A DNA stretch of 64,000 nucleotides from Epiperipatus broadwayi. Taxonomy: Eukaryota > Animalia > Onychophora. The stretch spans positions 20,088,001-20,152,000 of the forward strand of contig JAQFVV010000006.1 of assembly GCA_028023455.1 (NCBI GenBank), read 5' to 3'. Within the stretch, counting starts at the first letter, position 1; each line of letters opens with the position of its first letter. The translations under genes were made by a program, and so were the position numbers. The notes below the pieces were generated by a model, which saw only the letters and a list, made by a program, of their open reading frames with translations, did no database searches and was not told the origin of the DNA. Positions 26,617 through 41,499 of the stretch are shown in pieces.

Positions 26617-29149
26617 TAACAGTAATGTGCTAGCATAAGAAATAGTGATCATGTGATGTTTAGTAGTATGTTCAATACACATGTGATTATGACACAATTA
26701 GGTCACGGGTGACACCACACAGCCATTCCAAGAATTAAATTATCTTATCTGATTTTCAAAAAAAGTGTTTTTTGATTGTTTTTGTGTTATTTAAATTCCT
26801 GAATTTGCTCATTTGTCTATTATCTGCTCTATCAGTACAAAGCTGTATATACATTCTTTCCTTTTTAATTAATTAATCTAAACGAGTTTACCAAACATCC
26901 ACACACAAATATATTTTTAAAAATACTTAAAAAACAACAATAACAACAATTTGCTTTGCTTTCATCATATTATTTAAATAAATTTAAATATATAATTTTA
27001 TGATTTTTTAAATCTTGCCTTTAAAAAATGTAGTATTATTATTTTTTTAATGATTTAAATAGCCTTAAATTTTACTTCTTTGATTTTATCATTTCATTAA
27101 AATAACAGAGTAATTTAAATTTTTTATATATATATAATAAAAAATATATATGACTGAATAAAAGATGGATGAGTATTATCTTAATAACTAACTACTCATT
27201 TAGAAGTAATTTAACGAACTTTTTTTTCCTACGTTAGTCAAGATGAGCCTTTCTGGCCATCAATCACATCTCTACTAACTATAGCAGTGGAATTGTTTAT
27301 ACAACTATATTTATATTCTTTAATTATTCACACAGCAATTCTAATTACAGTCTTTTTCCAAATTTTATTCTTTATTTTTTAATTTCTTTTTCTCTTGCTA
27401 TCTTTTTTTTTCTGGAGTTAGAATGACCCTATAAGTGTTTGCTTATAGTGATGATGTAAGCATATGATTAGTTTAATAACTAGTAATTTTATAAATGTGA
27501 AGCAAAGTCATTAGGAAAGATTCTATAGTTTTTGTATTTATAATTACACAACAATGCAATTAAAGCTTATGAGAAAAATGACTCACTTCATCTTCAATTA
27601 TTAGACTGCAAAGTTAATTTGAAAACTTCCTCTATCTTAAATTAACACTTTAGAAAAGTATTTTCTCAGAAGATTTCTTTTATTGCAAGTAATCTATATG
27701 TGTACAACTCTTTTATACGATCTAACGACGAATTACTGTTTTTGTACATCGATATTATTAATAATTATTTAGTAGTCTAAAGATAGTTACATTAATATTA
27801 ACCCACATGTAAATTTGAAACTCAGTTAAAAAGCAATATATCTGTTATCATATTCTTCAAACACTCGTGACATTTTAACTTTTCTTTTTTACACCCACAC
27901 ATTATTAAATATGTATTTGTAAATGTAAAGCTAAACACCAGTCTCCTTAAAATAAATGAATAAAGGCATTAGAAAATGATAAACAACTCCCAGAATGCAT
28001 TTCGGCCAAATTAACTAATAAATAGTCATCAATAACATTGATCAGCATTAATGTTTGTAGATGAAGTCTTAATACAATATAATAGACAATTTATATATGA
28101 TGATAACATTTTGCTGGGTTGGAAAATGTGGGTCATCTGATGAGACCAGTTACGCAGAAATGCAGCTTGAAAATTATTTAATTTTTCTTTGAAATACTGT
28201 AATGTTAAGTAGTAAATATATACACACATGCATAACAGTAATATTTTTCCAATTATATTACAAATGTAATGTACAGTATTAAGTTTTTAAAATAGTGATT
28301 TTCAAAGAGGTGAATTGCCCTACAGACTACGTGTATATATGGTTCTACAATCCAAATCATCATGTGATACCATGTAATAAAAAAAGGCTGGATAATATGC
28401 ATACAACTTGAATATTGTCTTATAAATAGTTTTAATAATCTAGACAATATTAATATAGTCACCAATCTTTTGCCTCATCATTATAATGTAAAAGAGAATT
28501 ATCTTATGCTAACAGTAAAATAATAGAAAGCTCAGTCATAGATAACTTTTGTGCTCTGGGAGTGACAGGTTGAATAATTAAAAAATCTTTAATTTCAAAT
28601 CCAACTCTTTGCTACTGTGCTAAACCACATAAGAACAATGCCATATCTTATTAAACATTAAAAAATACTTCAAAATATTGGCAAGGTGAATTTCTAATAG
28701 TGCATTGTTCAAATTTGGCTACTAAGTAGATATGATATGATAATAGTCTAAAGATATTACCAGAATGCATATAAAGTTTTAATTTTGGGTTAAAGTCAAA
28801 TCATATTTCCTCAGTTCTATTATTCATCATATTATCTTTGTGTATTAATCAGATTATGATTTGATTATTTAAAAACTTCAGATATGATAATGTCATACAT
28901 GATACTGAAGAATTACCATGTTTTTTTAATTAACTATACACACATATAATCTTTTTAAGATGTCTTTTTTACATATTTCCACAAATTATGAGAGAATAAC
29001 AGTTTAATGTATATCTACCCTCCTCCCCCCCAAAAAAAAACAAATATATTAATTCAAGCTAGGAATGATATGATCGTCTTTAGCGTAATAAATGATTAGA
29101 AGTAATCATTGATGTATTTATATAAAATGAATGGTATCGAAGATGTAAG

Positions 29150-29780
29150 TAAAGTTTGACATATAGATTCATTTGTAGCAATATAATGATTTCATAATAT
29201 CTAATTCTAAAAGTATTCCACTCATCATTCTCTCCAGAATATCTTTCTTCTAAACTATAATTTCTTCTTAACATATGCCTTTCTCTCTCTGATTTCCTCA
29301 ATCAATCTTCTTTTTTCATTTACTTTTTCAAAACTTCTTCATTTGTTATTTTATTCACCCTACAGATTTTTTCTATTCTTTTCCATTCCCACATATCAAG
29401 GTTTTCAATCTGTTCCTAATTTAATTACACATTGACCACATTTCACAACCATATAAGAGAATACTTCATACATAGCATTTAATTATTCTTTTTCTTAATT
29501 CTCTCTTCAAAAGTATACAAAATATTTTCTTTCTCTTAATAAATGCCTTCTTTACCAATGCTATTCTTCTCTTCATCTTCACTTCTTCCAGCCTCACTCA
29601 GTTAACTACTCAAATATCTAAATCCCTTTACCTGTTGAACTATGTTATTATAAATTTCAATATGCAATCTTTTTGCATTTCTTTCTATTCATAAACCCTT
29701 AGTCTTCTCAACATTAATCTTCATTCATATTCCAAACATCCTTCCTCCAACTTATTCAACATAGTCTAAAGACACTTTTT
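29150..29780 (-). mobile_element. RTE-clade LINE, RT C-terminal region (decayed)
   Basis: With frameshifts reads KINVEKTK..VQQVKGFRYLSS..MKRRIALVKKAF..SILLYGCEMW..KITNEEVLKK, the typical RTE pattern (INxxKTK, V.xF.YLG, RI..A..AF, LLYG.E.W, .TNEEVL). Confidence 0.85.
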
Positions 29781-30959
29781 ATTTGCAGCTATAAGAGCCA
29801 TGTTGCTATAAATAAGAGTCAGTTCTTACTTTAAGAACTAGAAAGAATATTTGTGATAAGGAAAACTAAACAAGTATGAAATTTTTTTTGCAGCAGTGTT
29901 AAGAAACAATCAAGAAATCAATGAGAGAACTTCCATTGGAATTAGTAAAGATTTTTATAATTTGAAGAATATAATTACAAAAAAAAGACTTTGAGACTCT
30001 TTGAATTAATTGACAATTGAAAGATTTGGGAAAATGTTATATAGGCAGTTAAGATTATTATTGAACTGTCTTTGAAATGATATTACTTAAATAAGGCACG
30101 TAATACTTAAATAAGACATGCACCTTGAGTGCTTAATTTGTTACAAGAGACCTCTACAAATCTAAATACAAGATTCAACTTTATAATATGATATTATAAT
30201 ATTTTTAATGGATGTTTAGATGGAAATATTTAGCATGTGGAGTTTTCTGTTGTTGATAATTATTTAATTAAGAAGCTCAGTACTGGTCTTTTAGCAGCTG
30301 TACATCGTTTGATGGTGTTGTTTCTGTGCAAAAAACATAGAAATATGCAATTTACATGGCTAAATCTATGACTACTACAATACTACCTTTGTAATAGCTA
30401 TTTTGGGCCATGTGATAGTGTTGTTCTCTATGCAAAAGCACAGAAATCATACACCTAATTATGTGTGGCCCATATTCAGTAATGATAGTTCACTACCATT
30501 TGATATGAGGATGTCTCATGTTCAATTTCACACAAGTGTTGAAATCTCTTTTCAAAATCATTGTCTCAGACACCAACTGGAGTAGTATCCCAGTGATTAT
30601 TATCACCCTGTTAGCGTGCATCTTGGAAGCTGCTAGAAATTTGGAAAGGCTTTTTTCAGAGCATGATGTGGTGGATTCACCACAAATTTCACATTCTCGA
30701 TGAGATGGCTGTGCACAACTGGTAGTTTCAAAAGATGTTTTTGCTCTTATTCTTTTGGATTTGTTTCTACTTACAAGTGATAATTTTTTTTTTGTTTGTG
30801 TTTGGAAATAAAATTGTTGTTGTACTTGTTGGAATCAATGCTTGTTGTTGTAAGATGTTTTTGAAACCCAATCAATCCAAAGAGGTTTTTTTAGCACTTG
30901 TATTACAGATTCAAAAACCAAGTCAACTGATAAAATACAAAAACATTGGCTAATGAATT

Positions 30960-31760
30960 TTTTGGTTTGGGTTGTTTTTTTTTGTTGTAATTTTGTTTAA
31001 ATGTTTAATTTACTATTACAAGAATAACATCAATTTGGAAATCAAAAAGAAAAGTGTTTGGGTTTTGTTTTTTACTTTTCATTGGCAGCATAAAAAACAA
31101 AGTCGGCTGATTACTGTTTTCATGAAGTGTTTTGGGTTGTTTTTGAATTTAGTTTAAACATTGAATTTAGTATTTAAAGAAAAACATAAATTTGCCAATC
31201 CAAAGAAAACTGTTAGATTTTTTTGGTTTGATTCTTTTTTAATGAAGTTTTTTGGGTTGTTTTTTTTTGTGTGTTGTGTTTTGGGAAATTTTTATTTAAA
31301 CATTGAATTTCCTATTAGAAGAATAACGTCAATTTGGAAATCCAAAGAAAACTGTTTTGTATTGGGTTTGATGTTTTTTTTTTTCATGAAGTGTTTTGGG
31401 TTGTTTTTTAATTTGTTTCAACATTTTAATTTACTATTAGAAGAATAATGTAAATTTGGAAATCAAAAGAAAACTGGTTTTTTTTTTGGGGGGGGTTTGA
31501 TTTTTTTTTGTAATGAAGTATTTCGGGTTTTTTTTAATTTTGGTTGAAACGTTGAATTTACTATTGGGAGAATAGCAGTAAATTTGGAAATAAAAAGACA
31601 ATTTTTTTTGTTGGTTTTTTCACATTTGAGTAAATGTTTAATTTAGTATTAGAAGAATAACGTTATTCTTGTACTAGTAAATTAAACGTTTTAACAAAAT
31701 TCCAAAAAAAAACAACAAAACAACAATAACAACAACACAAAAAACGTTTTTTAAATTTAG
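30960..31760. repeat. Tandem array of ~130-160 bp units with an inverted terminal copy (Foldback/MITE-like)
   Basis: AGAATAAC/AATTTGGAAATCAAAAAGAAAA..ATGAAGTGTTTTGGGTTGTTTTT recurs about 5 times (near 31021, 31190, 31320, 31440, 31570). 31661-31720 is an inverted copy of ~30980-31028. Confidence 0.75.
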
Positions 31761-33463
31761 AATGCTAACAATAACATAAATTTTCAAAAGTAAAAAAAAA
31801 AAAAAAGGCAGACCCGGAAACTTTATATTGTGCCATGACATTTTGTCACAATCGAATTTGAGTACTCCTTATCCCCAAAAATTACAACCCAAAATCACTG
31901 AACAAGGTTGCCACTAGCAATAACCTAAAACCAGACTGTGAAATATGCTCGACAATCAAGGTATTTTTATTTATATACAAATGCTAACTTTAAAATGTTA
32001 TATCTCAAGGACATGATCCAACTAACAAAAAAATTAAGTAAGGTTTAAAATTTTAAATAACAAAATTAAACAAACAGCAGTTTTATTTTGGAATTATGAT
32101 TTATTTATTCATATAACTATTATAATTATACCCAAGTTTTTTTTCTTCCCTCTTTCCACTTCTTATTTCCATTTCAACCCTCTTTCACTTCATACTCTAT
32201 CAGTCTTATTTCTAGTTTAATGTATTGTTCCCGAATGAACAAGCACCTTCACGTAATACAAGTGTATTGACAATCCTTAATACTCACAGGGAATAAAATC
32301 AAGGAATGTTCTTAAAGGCAACTTACTATAAGAATGTGTTTAATAACACACCCAAACCCTCTTCTGCAAATGTAAACCCAATTTTAAAGCTCTGCTATTC
32401 TTTCCAATTCCTTTTTATTTATTGATCTTAACACAAGAATATAATTATTATTTCTGGCTATATATCTTCACTAATAGTCTAGGTAAGAGAAGAAAACATA
32501 CTAAAATATATTAATTATTTGCATTAACATAAAATAAGTAATCAAAAAAATTTAAACATCCCCTTCTATTGTTTCCTCTAAGGGTACAGTGAAGGCATTT
32601 CACCACTCTATTGCACTGTTATAGTTTATATATCATATCAAGAATACTATTTGTAAACAAAAAAAAAACAAAGTCTATTTATTTTGATCAATCAGTGTAT
32701 TGATTCCTTCCATGGTAATAAGATTGCCTTCATCCAAAGATTGTCTGTTATTTCCATTTGAGTCTTATGCACTCAGCTATCTCTACAATTACTACTTTCT
32801 TGGCTCATCATTTTCATGGCAGTTCCTGGCGGTGTCCGGTGGAGACATTCCCAATGGGGAAAGTTCTGTAGTCTATTAGCCACTCAACATATTCTCAGCA
32901 CTTTCTAAAATATTATTTATATTTTATTTAGCTTTCATTGTAAAATTTTGTTTGAATTACTGTCCAAAAAAGTCTCGAATGTACTATTATTTGCTATTCA
33001 AAACTAATGTGATTTTTTATCGACACACACACACAAAAAGCCAGCATCTGATTAATACTGTCCCAAGAAGTCAGCTTACATTTTTATATTTTGTTTTAAT
33101 TTTTTAATTTTATGGAAATTGTAGTTCTATAGAATCACTGGCCCAGGAATGTTATATCAATGTGTTTTTGCTTAGCATCAACGCCATCTAGCAACTGATA
33201 GGATAGATCAATCCTTAAGTGATAATATGACAAATTCCAAACATTCAAAATAATAATATTTTATTGTTTTTTTTTTTTTAAAAAAAAAGGGAAAGAGAGA
33301 TGCTAGAATAAAATTTTTAAATTATGTTTAGCAATTTTTAGAGAGAGAAAAAAATAAGTTAATGACATTTTTTTAGAAATAGTTTTCAATTAATTAAAAG
33401 GGATTTATTTGTTCTCTCTATTTCTAAAAAGAAATTTAATGTTTTTCTTATATATATGTCAAA

Positions 33464-33529
33464 TGCATTGACATGAACCTTGGACCAGCTGCTTGGAGGC
33501 AGCTATGCTAACCACTAGGCCACCAATGC
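33464..33529 (-). pseudogene. tRNA-Gly(TCC)-derived pseudogene / SINE head
   Basis: Minus reads GCATTGGTGGCCTAGTGGTTAGCATAGCTGCCTCCAAGCAGCTGGTCCAAGGTTCATGTCAATGCA, matching the eukaryotic tRNA-Gly-TCC pattern with anticodon-loop and T-arm deletions. Confidence 0.75.
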
Positions 33530-34090
33530 TTGACATATTTTTTAAATGAAAGTAAAACTAAACAATTATCTTTTTTTCTGGTGATTAAGAAGAAAGGAAA
33601 AAAATAAATATAGAGAAATTTTTCAATAATTAAGGTATGATTGGAATTTTTAAAAATTAATTAAAAAAAGAAAGGAATAATTTTTTTGGAAAAATAGAAT
33701 CAATTGGTGAGAATTTAATGGTGCCATTTCTGAGATGGTGTGTGATTGGGTTGATAACATGATTTAACTGTCATTTTGTATTATAGTGAATTATTATACT
33801 ACTTTATTTTTAAATTTATGTAACAAATTTCACTCTCTTTTCCAGGTTCTTTTATTCAACTTAATATTGATCTCTTTAATTTCTTAAACTTGTCATTAAT
33901 ATCCTGACATGCACATATGAAACTGTTATTCTTATACTATATACATATACAATTTTACATTGACTTAATATGGGAACAATTATATTAGCAATGTTAAAAT
34001 ACAAACTACTGTGCTGATAAATAATTATTTAGACCAAGTTTTTGTCATTTCATATATATTATCTTTAAATCATTATCAATCCAGGATAAG

Positions 34091-34180
34091 TCATCATAAA
34101 TAAATTCATCATAAATAAATTCATCATAAATAAATTCATCATAAATAAATTCATCATAAATAAATTCATTATAAATAAAT
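34091..34180. repeat. 15-bp minisatellite (TCATCATAAATAAAT) x6
   Basis: Direct reading; the last unit has one substitution. Confidence 0.95.
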
Positions 34181-34859
34181 TCACACTTGTATTTATTAAC
34201 ATTTTTACTAATTAATAATTCATCAATTATTTTAATGGATTTGTTTCCATTGTACTAATCTCATCTATATAATTCTGTTATGTTCTGCAATGCCATTCTA
34301 CATTTATTTAGTATGGATTAACACAGTTTTTAAATTGTGAGATTCTGGAGAATTCTGGCACTAAATCTTATGATTTCTCAAGCAATAAGATCATTCTAGT
34401 ATTTGCTCTGCACCGTTCAGCATCATGGCAGATTGTCAGAATCTGGAATGTGGCATCCTAGGTTTGATTCCAACGCTGGAATGCCTGGTATTCTAAATTT
34501 TTATGAATTCTTGTGCAATAAAGTTATTTGTATATATTTTTTTTATAAAATATAGAATTTTATTCAGAAATTTAGTTACAATATATGATAATAGTTAAAC
34601 ATAGGATATATTACATAATAATCAGTGGGATGAAAGCTCACTATTGATATCTTGTTTGACACCAGCTAAAAGGACTAATATGACGCATATCAGCAAGGAA
34701 TGAGTCTGGAATAGTATCCTGTTGATATAGATGACCATGCCTGCATGTCTCATATAGTTCAGCGATAGGTCTAATCCTTTGTCCACACTCCACATGACCA
34801 AGTTGACCCTTCATACTGGAGGTTACTTCCATAACAACTCAGGATCTGGGCAATAATCA

Positions 34860-35220
34860 TGCAGAGCAAGGTAAGTTATCACGAAGGGATGCAGGCCAAT
34901 CAGCCTCAAATTACTCTCCAGGGAAGATTTCTATTTAGGAGTGAAAGGGATCAGCTTTGGGGACCAGGTCAATAACCTCCATGTGGAGTCATAGATGTAA
35001 GAGGGGGCCAAATACTGGTCCCTTTTCTGAATTTTTTCCATTTTGTTAATATAGAGTTCAAGCGTACACTCTAGTGCATAATTAAAGGTGAGCCAGCACC
35101 GTGTGCACCATAGCAAAAACAGTACAAATGTTGTTATTCATATCTCTGGGATGGATCCACATAGTATATTGTCAATGAGAGTTGACAGGGCAGGCGTATT
35201 GTTATTTAACATGGAGGCTA
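34860..35220 (-). mobile_element. Decayed LINE RT C-terminal remnant (CR1/L2/Jockey-like)
   Basis: Minus frames ITTFVLFLL..YINKMEKIQKR and SLESNLRLIGLH resemble the ..LERVQRR / YEERL..LGL tail of these LINEs. Confidence 0.4.
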
Positions 35221-36454
35221 TAAGGATTCTGTAGGGGTGAAGGGAAACACAGTGGCAGAGGAGGTGAAGACAAGTTAGTTATTTGTATATATATATTGAT
35301 GATTTTTATGTTAATAGTAAAAAATCTATTGACAGTGAATTTCATTAGATAAAAAAAGTAAATTAAAGTTTAATCTGTTTAATTGGTGTTCTTAAATTGA
35401 CTCAAGCTTTGAAAAATATGAGATTATGTTCATCAATAAAAAACTTGATCTAAAGGTGGCATTCAATTGTTGATTAACATCATGTGATATCATCCATAGG
35501 TGAAAATAAATTTATAGTAGTATCAGATTATTCTATGGTTAGAAAATAAATAAAACAGATGTTTATGCAAGACCACAATGAAATTTGGAAAAGCCAGACA
35601 CATTCTTGTATTTGATTCTGCATTCCAAAAACTGACTTACCAACCTAGTAATATATTTATATGTATAGTTTTGAGCCTTAGTTGGCTGCATTTATCATGA
35701 ATAATGATCATGGGCTATAATCGGGACGTCATTATATGCTGTTTAAAATTTTTCTGTTTGTAATTTTTGTGAATGAAAATATAAAATATGTTTATTTTGA
35801 AATGTTGTTTTACTTCTCAATTTTTTGTAAAAAATGTTTATTCACTTTGTTTTTATATGTTCCAAAATTTACATAAGCCCTGGACATGTGCCTAATAAAT
35901 AAAGCATCACTTAGCTTTATAGATACCCAATGTGCAATATCACAACCAAAAAAATTGTGTCAAAAAGGCTAACATTTCTATTTTGCAATAACTATGACTT
36001 TTAGTTTGAGTTCCAACCAGGTGAACTTAAAAATATTTTTAAGGCCATAAATTATGTGGTTTTTTTTCAGGTCTCCAATCTCACCAACCCTGCTACTCAT
36101 TCAGTATTAGTTAGTAAATGAACTTATACCTATTTTTAATTAAATATTCACTAAAAGCATAACAAAAAATATAGATGTAATATGATATAACATTTACCAT
36201 CACTAGGAGTAGATTAAATATCACTTCTAGGAGGCAGTAATTAAAAATAAATCTGAAAAATTTCATCTAACTTATTAAAATAATTCACTACTATCATGAT
36301 ACAATATGACTGATTATTCAGGTCAAAATTTTTTATTGTCCTAAAAATAATAAGTATAGCATGAGATCATTGTATTTTCCTAAATGTTTGTGATAATGGT
36401 GTTTTAGTTGTATTTATATATTGGACTATTTTCATAATCTAATATAAGTAGAAA

Positions 36455-36541
36455 TTTTTAACTTTATTTAAAGGTAAATTTTTCTAAAGACATTCAATGC
36501 GCATATTAGATAATGAAAATAGTCCAATATATAAATACAAC
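36455..36541 (+). mobile_element. Solo copy of the PLE terminal segment
   Basis: TTTTCTAAAGACATTCAATGCGCATATTAGATAATGAAAATAGTCCAATATATAAATACAA matches 57887-57947. Confidence 0.7.
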
Positions 36542-37586
36542 ATGAGATCATTAATTCCAAAATTTCCATATTACTAAATTTTTTAGATCCATGCATCTAA
36601 ACAGGTCAAACTTTTAGAATACCAATATCCAAGCAGTGTTTTTAATTGAAGTTGTCTAGTTATGTATTATTACAGCTGTTTGTTTTAGAACGAACTGCAT
36701 ATGCTATAATATTATAAGCTGATCACTTCAGATTTAGGTAGAAAAAGATATTTGGGATATATAAAATAAATACAATATCAGGAATGTTGAAAATTTTTTA
36801 ATTCAATGGATGACTTTTGAAGTTTATGCTTTTTGCCATCTTAAACATTATCAGATGTTGTTTGGTGTAGTGAAATAAAAAATACCATATAAATTTGAAT
36901 GTTTATTAAAATGCTTACAATAGATAGCTTTAGACTGATAATAGGTTGAATTATTACTCTTAGTGTAATAGGACATGTGATTATGTGATGCTTAATGGCT
37001 ATTAAATATAAGAGAAGACATAAAAAGTTGCATGTGATGCATAAAATACCTATATATAGACAAACATTATTAATTAAAAATCCTTGGTTTCAGGTGTGTT
37101 TTTTTTTGGCTTGTGAATTTTTCAGATTTCAAAAACATATCTTTTATTCCTTCATTGCAAACTCAAATTCTGATAAGTTAGAAAAAAAACAAAATCAGGT
37201 AGCTTATTGCAATTAACTTTGTTAATTTAGTAAATTTTTTTTTTTCAAGTTTGTTTATATTTGTGTGAATCATTTATTTATTGTAAAAGATTAAACATCA
37301 TCTTTGAAATTTTATTTGGATAATAAATATTTTTGAATAATGAAGATTCAGATCAGCAATATTTTATCTGTACTTTTGTCTGCTTTGTAATACGAATTTA
37401 AAAACACCCTTAGAATTGGTTTGGGATTTGCAATTAGTTATTTAAGTCTTTCCTTCCTCTATGAATAAAACATAAAAAGTAAAACATTAGCTATTGCTTA
37501 TGCAGGATTTATGGCTTCTTCAAGCCCCAAAACAGAATCAATTAAGAAGAAGGAATTATTTACCAGGTTCGCTAATTGCCAAAAGT

Positions 37587-37692
<106 letters not shown>

Positions 37693-40600
37693 ATAATTAA
37701 TAAAATCTTGTAGCACTATGGTAAGGTATCTCTTTGCTATGTCCACAGTCTGAAAATTTCAATTCAAGATAAGTGAATCATGAAATTTTCCAGGACTCAA
37801 ATGGTTTAGGTTTTTTGTGTTTAGATAAAAAGACCATTAATAACCAAGTTAAACCACCCAATAGATTAAAAACATGCAGCTGCAAGTAAAGAATATTCAA
37901 ATGTCTTTATAGATCAGGAAAATGTTGGAAATGCTTAATATAGGCCATACCATGAATCTGAATCTTTAGATCTTCTACTCTATCACTGTGTTAAATAACA
38001 TAAATTTATAAACATTATTAATTAGAAGATAAAGACCTAAGTATAGTGTTGCATTATCTTTCCAGACTGTTTGATATTTTTTATTCTTTTCGCATTATTT
38101 ATATTAAACAAATTTCTAAAAAATTCCCCTTTTTGTACTTTCCACAATCATTTTCATTTAATTCAATTATCTGTCTAGAAATCTTTGTCATAGCTGTAAA
38201 AATACAATAACGTTACATTATATTTTTGTGAGATTAACAAAAATTAGAGCAATAGAATTGTGTTTTATAATTCCAAAGAAGACGATTATATAGTCACAAC
38301 TATCCAATAATTAATATTGTGAAAAAGGGCAAAAAAATGATTGCTTTTAGAAATTTATTTCATATAATGTAAAGGATTCAGGTAAAATATCAAAGTTGAA
38401 GAGTGCTGACACCTATGAAGAAGTCTCTGGCCATTGGTGGATGGAATGCCATACTCCTACAGTTGCTGAATCCATAGTTACTTCTTGATGAATAAATGGA
38501 TGCTAGTTAGATTGTTATTAAAACAATTACGCCTCTCCCCCAAAAAGAATATTAATTCTATTTGAAATCTGAACAATACAAATATTATCTGGCTATATTC
38601 AAACTCTTTGTTGTGACCATGATAGATGTGCAAACCATTGCATAATGAGATCTCTTCCACTCATTAATGAAATTGACAGTTTTGTGAAAAGAATTTAGTG
38701 TTTTATTCAGTTTTTATAAAACATTTATTAAGTGTAAAAATAACATACAAAACAAAAATAAATTCTGGGACAAAATACTCATTTAAGGAAAAAGAATAAT
38801 CATATTGCTCAACATTTTGATTTTAATCAGTTTACAGCTTAATATAATAAACCAGTCAAATATGGGATCTTTACTTTTATCTAATAATAAGTAAATACCC
38901 ATTTACTTCCCCTCTCTACCCCTATGACTTAAAACATTAGGATCACCTACCCTAAACTTGAACTGTAGATCATGAGCAGAACGGATGGATTATCTAACCT
39001 TCTATGATATGAGTTCCTTATACATACTATCCAACACAATTGTATATATGCAAAAGAAAAAAGTGCTTAATCATGTATTTTATATATATATATTATTTCA
39101 TTATATTTAATGGATTTCTTTCCTTTTTATGGTTAAATAACATCAATATTATGAGATCATCAATGTTGAATTTTTTATGCAGTTTATATTCAGAGATTTT
39201 TTTTTTTTTATGAAACAATTCCTGTGGAGAAAGTTATTTCACTTCCAGATGAGTGATCAAAGAGTTAATTTATTCCAATATTTGTTTGACAAAGATCTAA
39301 AACATTTCAGATATTATCATTAATCTAATGTAAAGATTTTATTTTAATTGTCTCCAATTTCATTAATATTTTATTATAGATATTTCATTTCGAAAAAAAA
39401 AATTAACACAAGAATGAAGAACAACATTATTGTTAAAATGTTTTAACTCTTTTATGACTAAATGATTGAGGCGTTTAATTATCAATGTTATGTGGAAAAC
39501 ATAAAAAAAAGCAATAAAACACAAGTTTTACGTAAAAAACACAGAAAATATACCTCAAATATTTATATAATGTTCAATAAATTTAAATGCTTTTAGTAAA
39601 CAAAGCAGAGAGAAATTTTAAAATGCAGATGCGATGTATCTCTTCTATAAAACCATGCTTAAATTCATCATACATTTTTTAGGAGGTCTAATATTATTCA
39701 TCATTCCACGTGCTAAATCCAATGAAGATATAGCATTATACTTATAACAAATACATTTCAATAATATAAATATTTTTACAGAGAACAAAAACACTATTCA
39801 TAATTGTTACTTAAGATCTTTAATGCAGTATTGATACAGAATACCCTCTTCAAAATGCGTTGCATTGAAAATGCATTAAAGCCATGAATTAATAAGCATT
39901 ATTAGAATTTCTGCTCCATGTGAAAAACATTTCTATTAATACACAAATATTTTACCGATTAATTTCCAATTTGAATTTATATTACAATTATTGAATCAAT
40001 ATCATTTCAGCCTGTAAGTTGGAATATTTATTTATATATAAATAAACAAAAGTAGTAAATTACTTTACCTCAGCTATAAATTAAAAGCAGTCTAAATGTT
40101 AAAAGATCAAGAATAAAATAAATCCACCCTCTCTCGGAACTCTGATGTTTATAAGCCTACCTTTGTTAACATTGTCGCTAATTCGGAATGAAACTAATAT
40201 ATCATCCAGATGGAATATAGTACTTAACAGTTATTAAACTCATAATCAATATACACTTAGATTATCAAAATTTTACTCAACATCATTAAATGAAATTTTT
40301 ACAATGCCTTTTTATTACAACAATAAAGATCATAGGTTCAAGTCTTACTTCCGATAATAAATTTGTCCAATAACAGCCACACTTATAACTATTTTACTTG
40401 AAGTATTATTTATATTAATGTGGTGAAATGCTTTATATTTTAATTTTTGAATGCAACAGCAAGATTTGGAGTTCATTCTGTATTTTATCACTAGAAGTCC
40501 TCTTTTTACATAGAAAGCATCAATATATCTGAATGGATCTACATTCTTAAACTGATAATTATCCAAATTAAATATTTGAAGATTTTTATTTTTTCATTAC

Positions 40601-41499
40601 TGAATGAGAACACATAATTTTTTAAATTTCATTTACATACAAAAACAAAAATTATAATTAATGTTAAAACAAAGAAGGGGTCTTCTTTTTGGATTTCATT
40701 ATCTCCTTTATTCTTTGTCTTCTTCTTTATGTCTCATTCTAGGGATTGCTATTTAAATTTGGCAGAAAGGGCACTTTGTCAGATGGTGAAAGCCAGGCCG
40801 TCAGTTATCCACAAACACTTGGAATTTTTTTCATTCTCATGATTAGAGATTATTCTCGAGAATTCTTTTTCTAAATTTCTGGAGAATTTTCAGTTGATAA
40901 TTTTTTCTCGATTATACAAAACATTTCTTAAAAATTCTGGTACAACTTTTTATTAACTTCATTATATATTTTTTTAAGTATTATTATGCTTTTTGACATT
41001 TAGTCAGTGTTATCAAAAAAATAATTTGCAAATTAGCTACATATTTTTAATTAGTGTTTATTTGTATGGTATATAATTTAAATTTATTAAAATATATATA
41101 TATGTGCTGACACGCAGTTAAAGCTGAAGCTAAAATGAGAATTATAATACTACTTAGCACTTTTGAGAAATCTTTCTATCCTCATAATCATAGCCAAAGA
41201 GTTATCTGGGGGGAAAGGTGAAAATATATAACAAGATATTCAAAAACATACAAATTATGAATTAATTAGTTTATTTCTTAGAGAGAGGGAGGTATGATTC
41301 CTTTTGGTTTATAGCATGGATGTTATTAGCTATATGCCAGACCTCCTTGATCTTATGTTTGATATCATGTCATTCTATATATGCAATAATAGCTGAGGAA
41401 GATTCAAAAGTATGGCCAGTGAACTTCTGGTGTTCAAAAAAAAATAGAACTATAATTGGGCTTATCAAAAGCTCTTCTGTGTATATAATGATGTTGAGA

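Noticed and set aside
28135-28165. CTGATGA...GAAA as a hammerhead
   Set aside because: The intervening GACCAGTTACGCA forms no stem II and no stem I/III was found.
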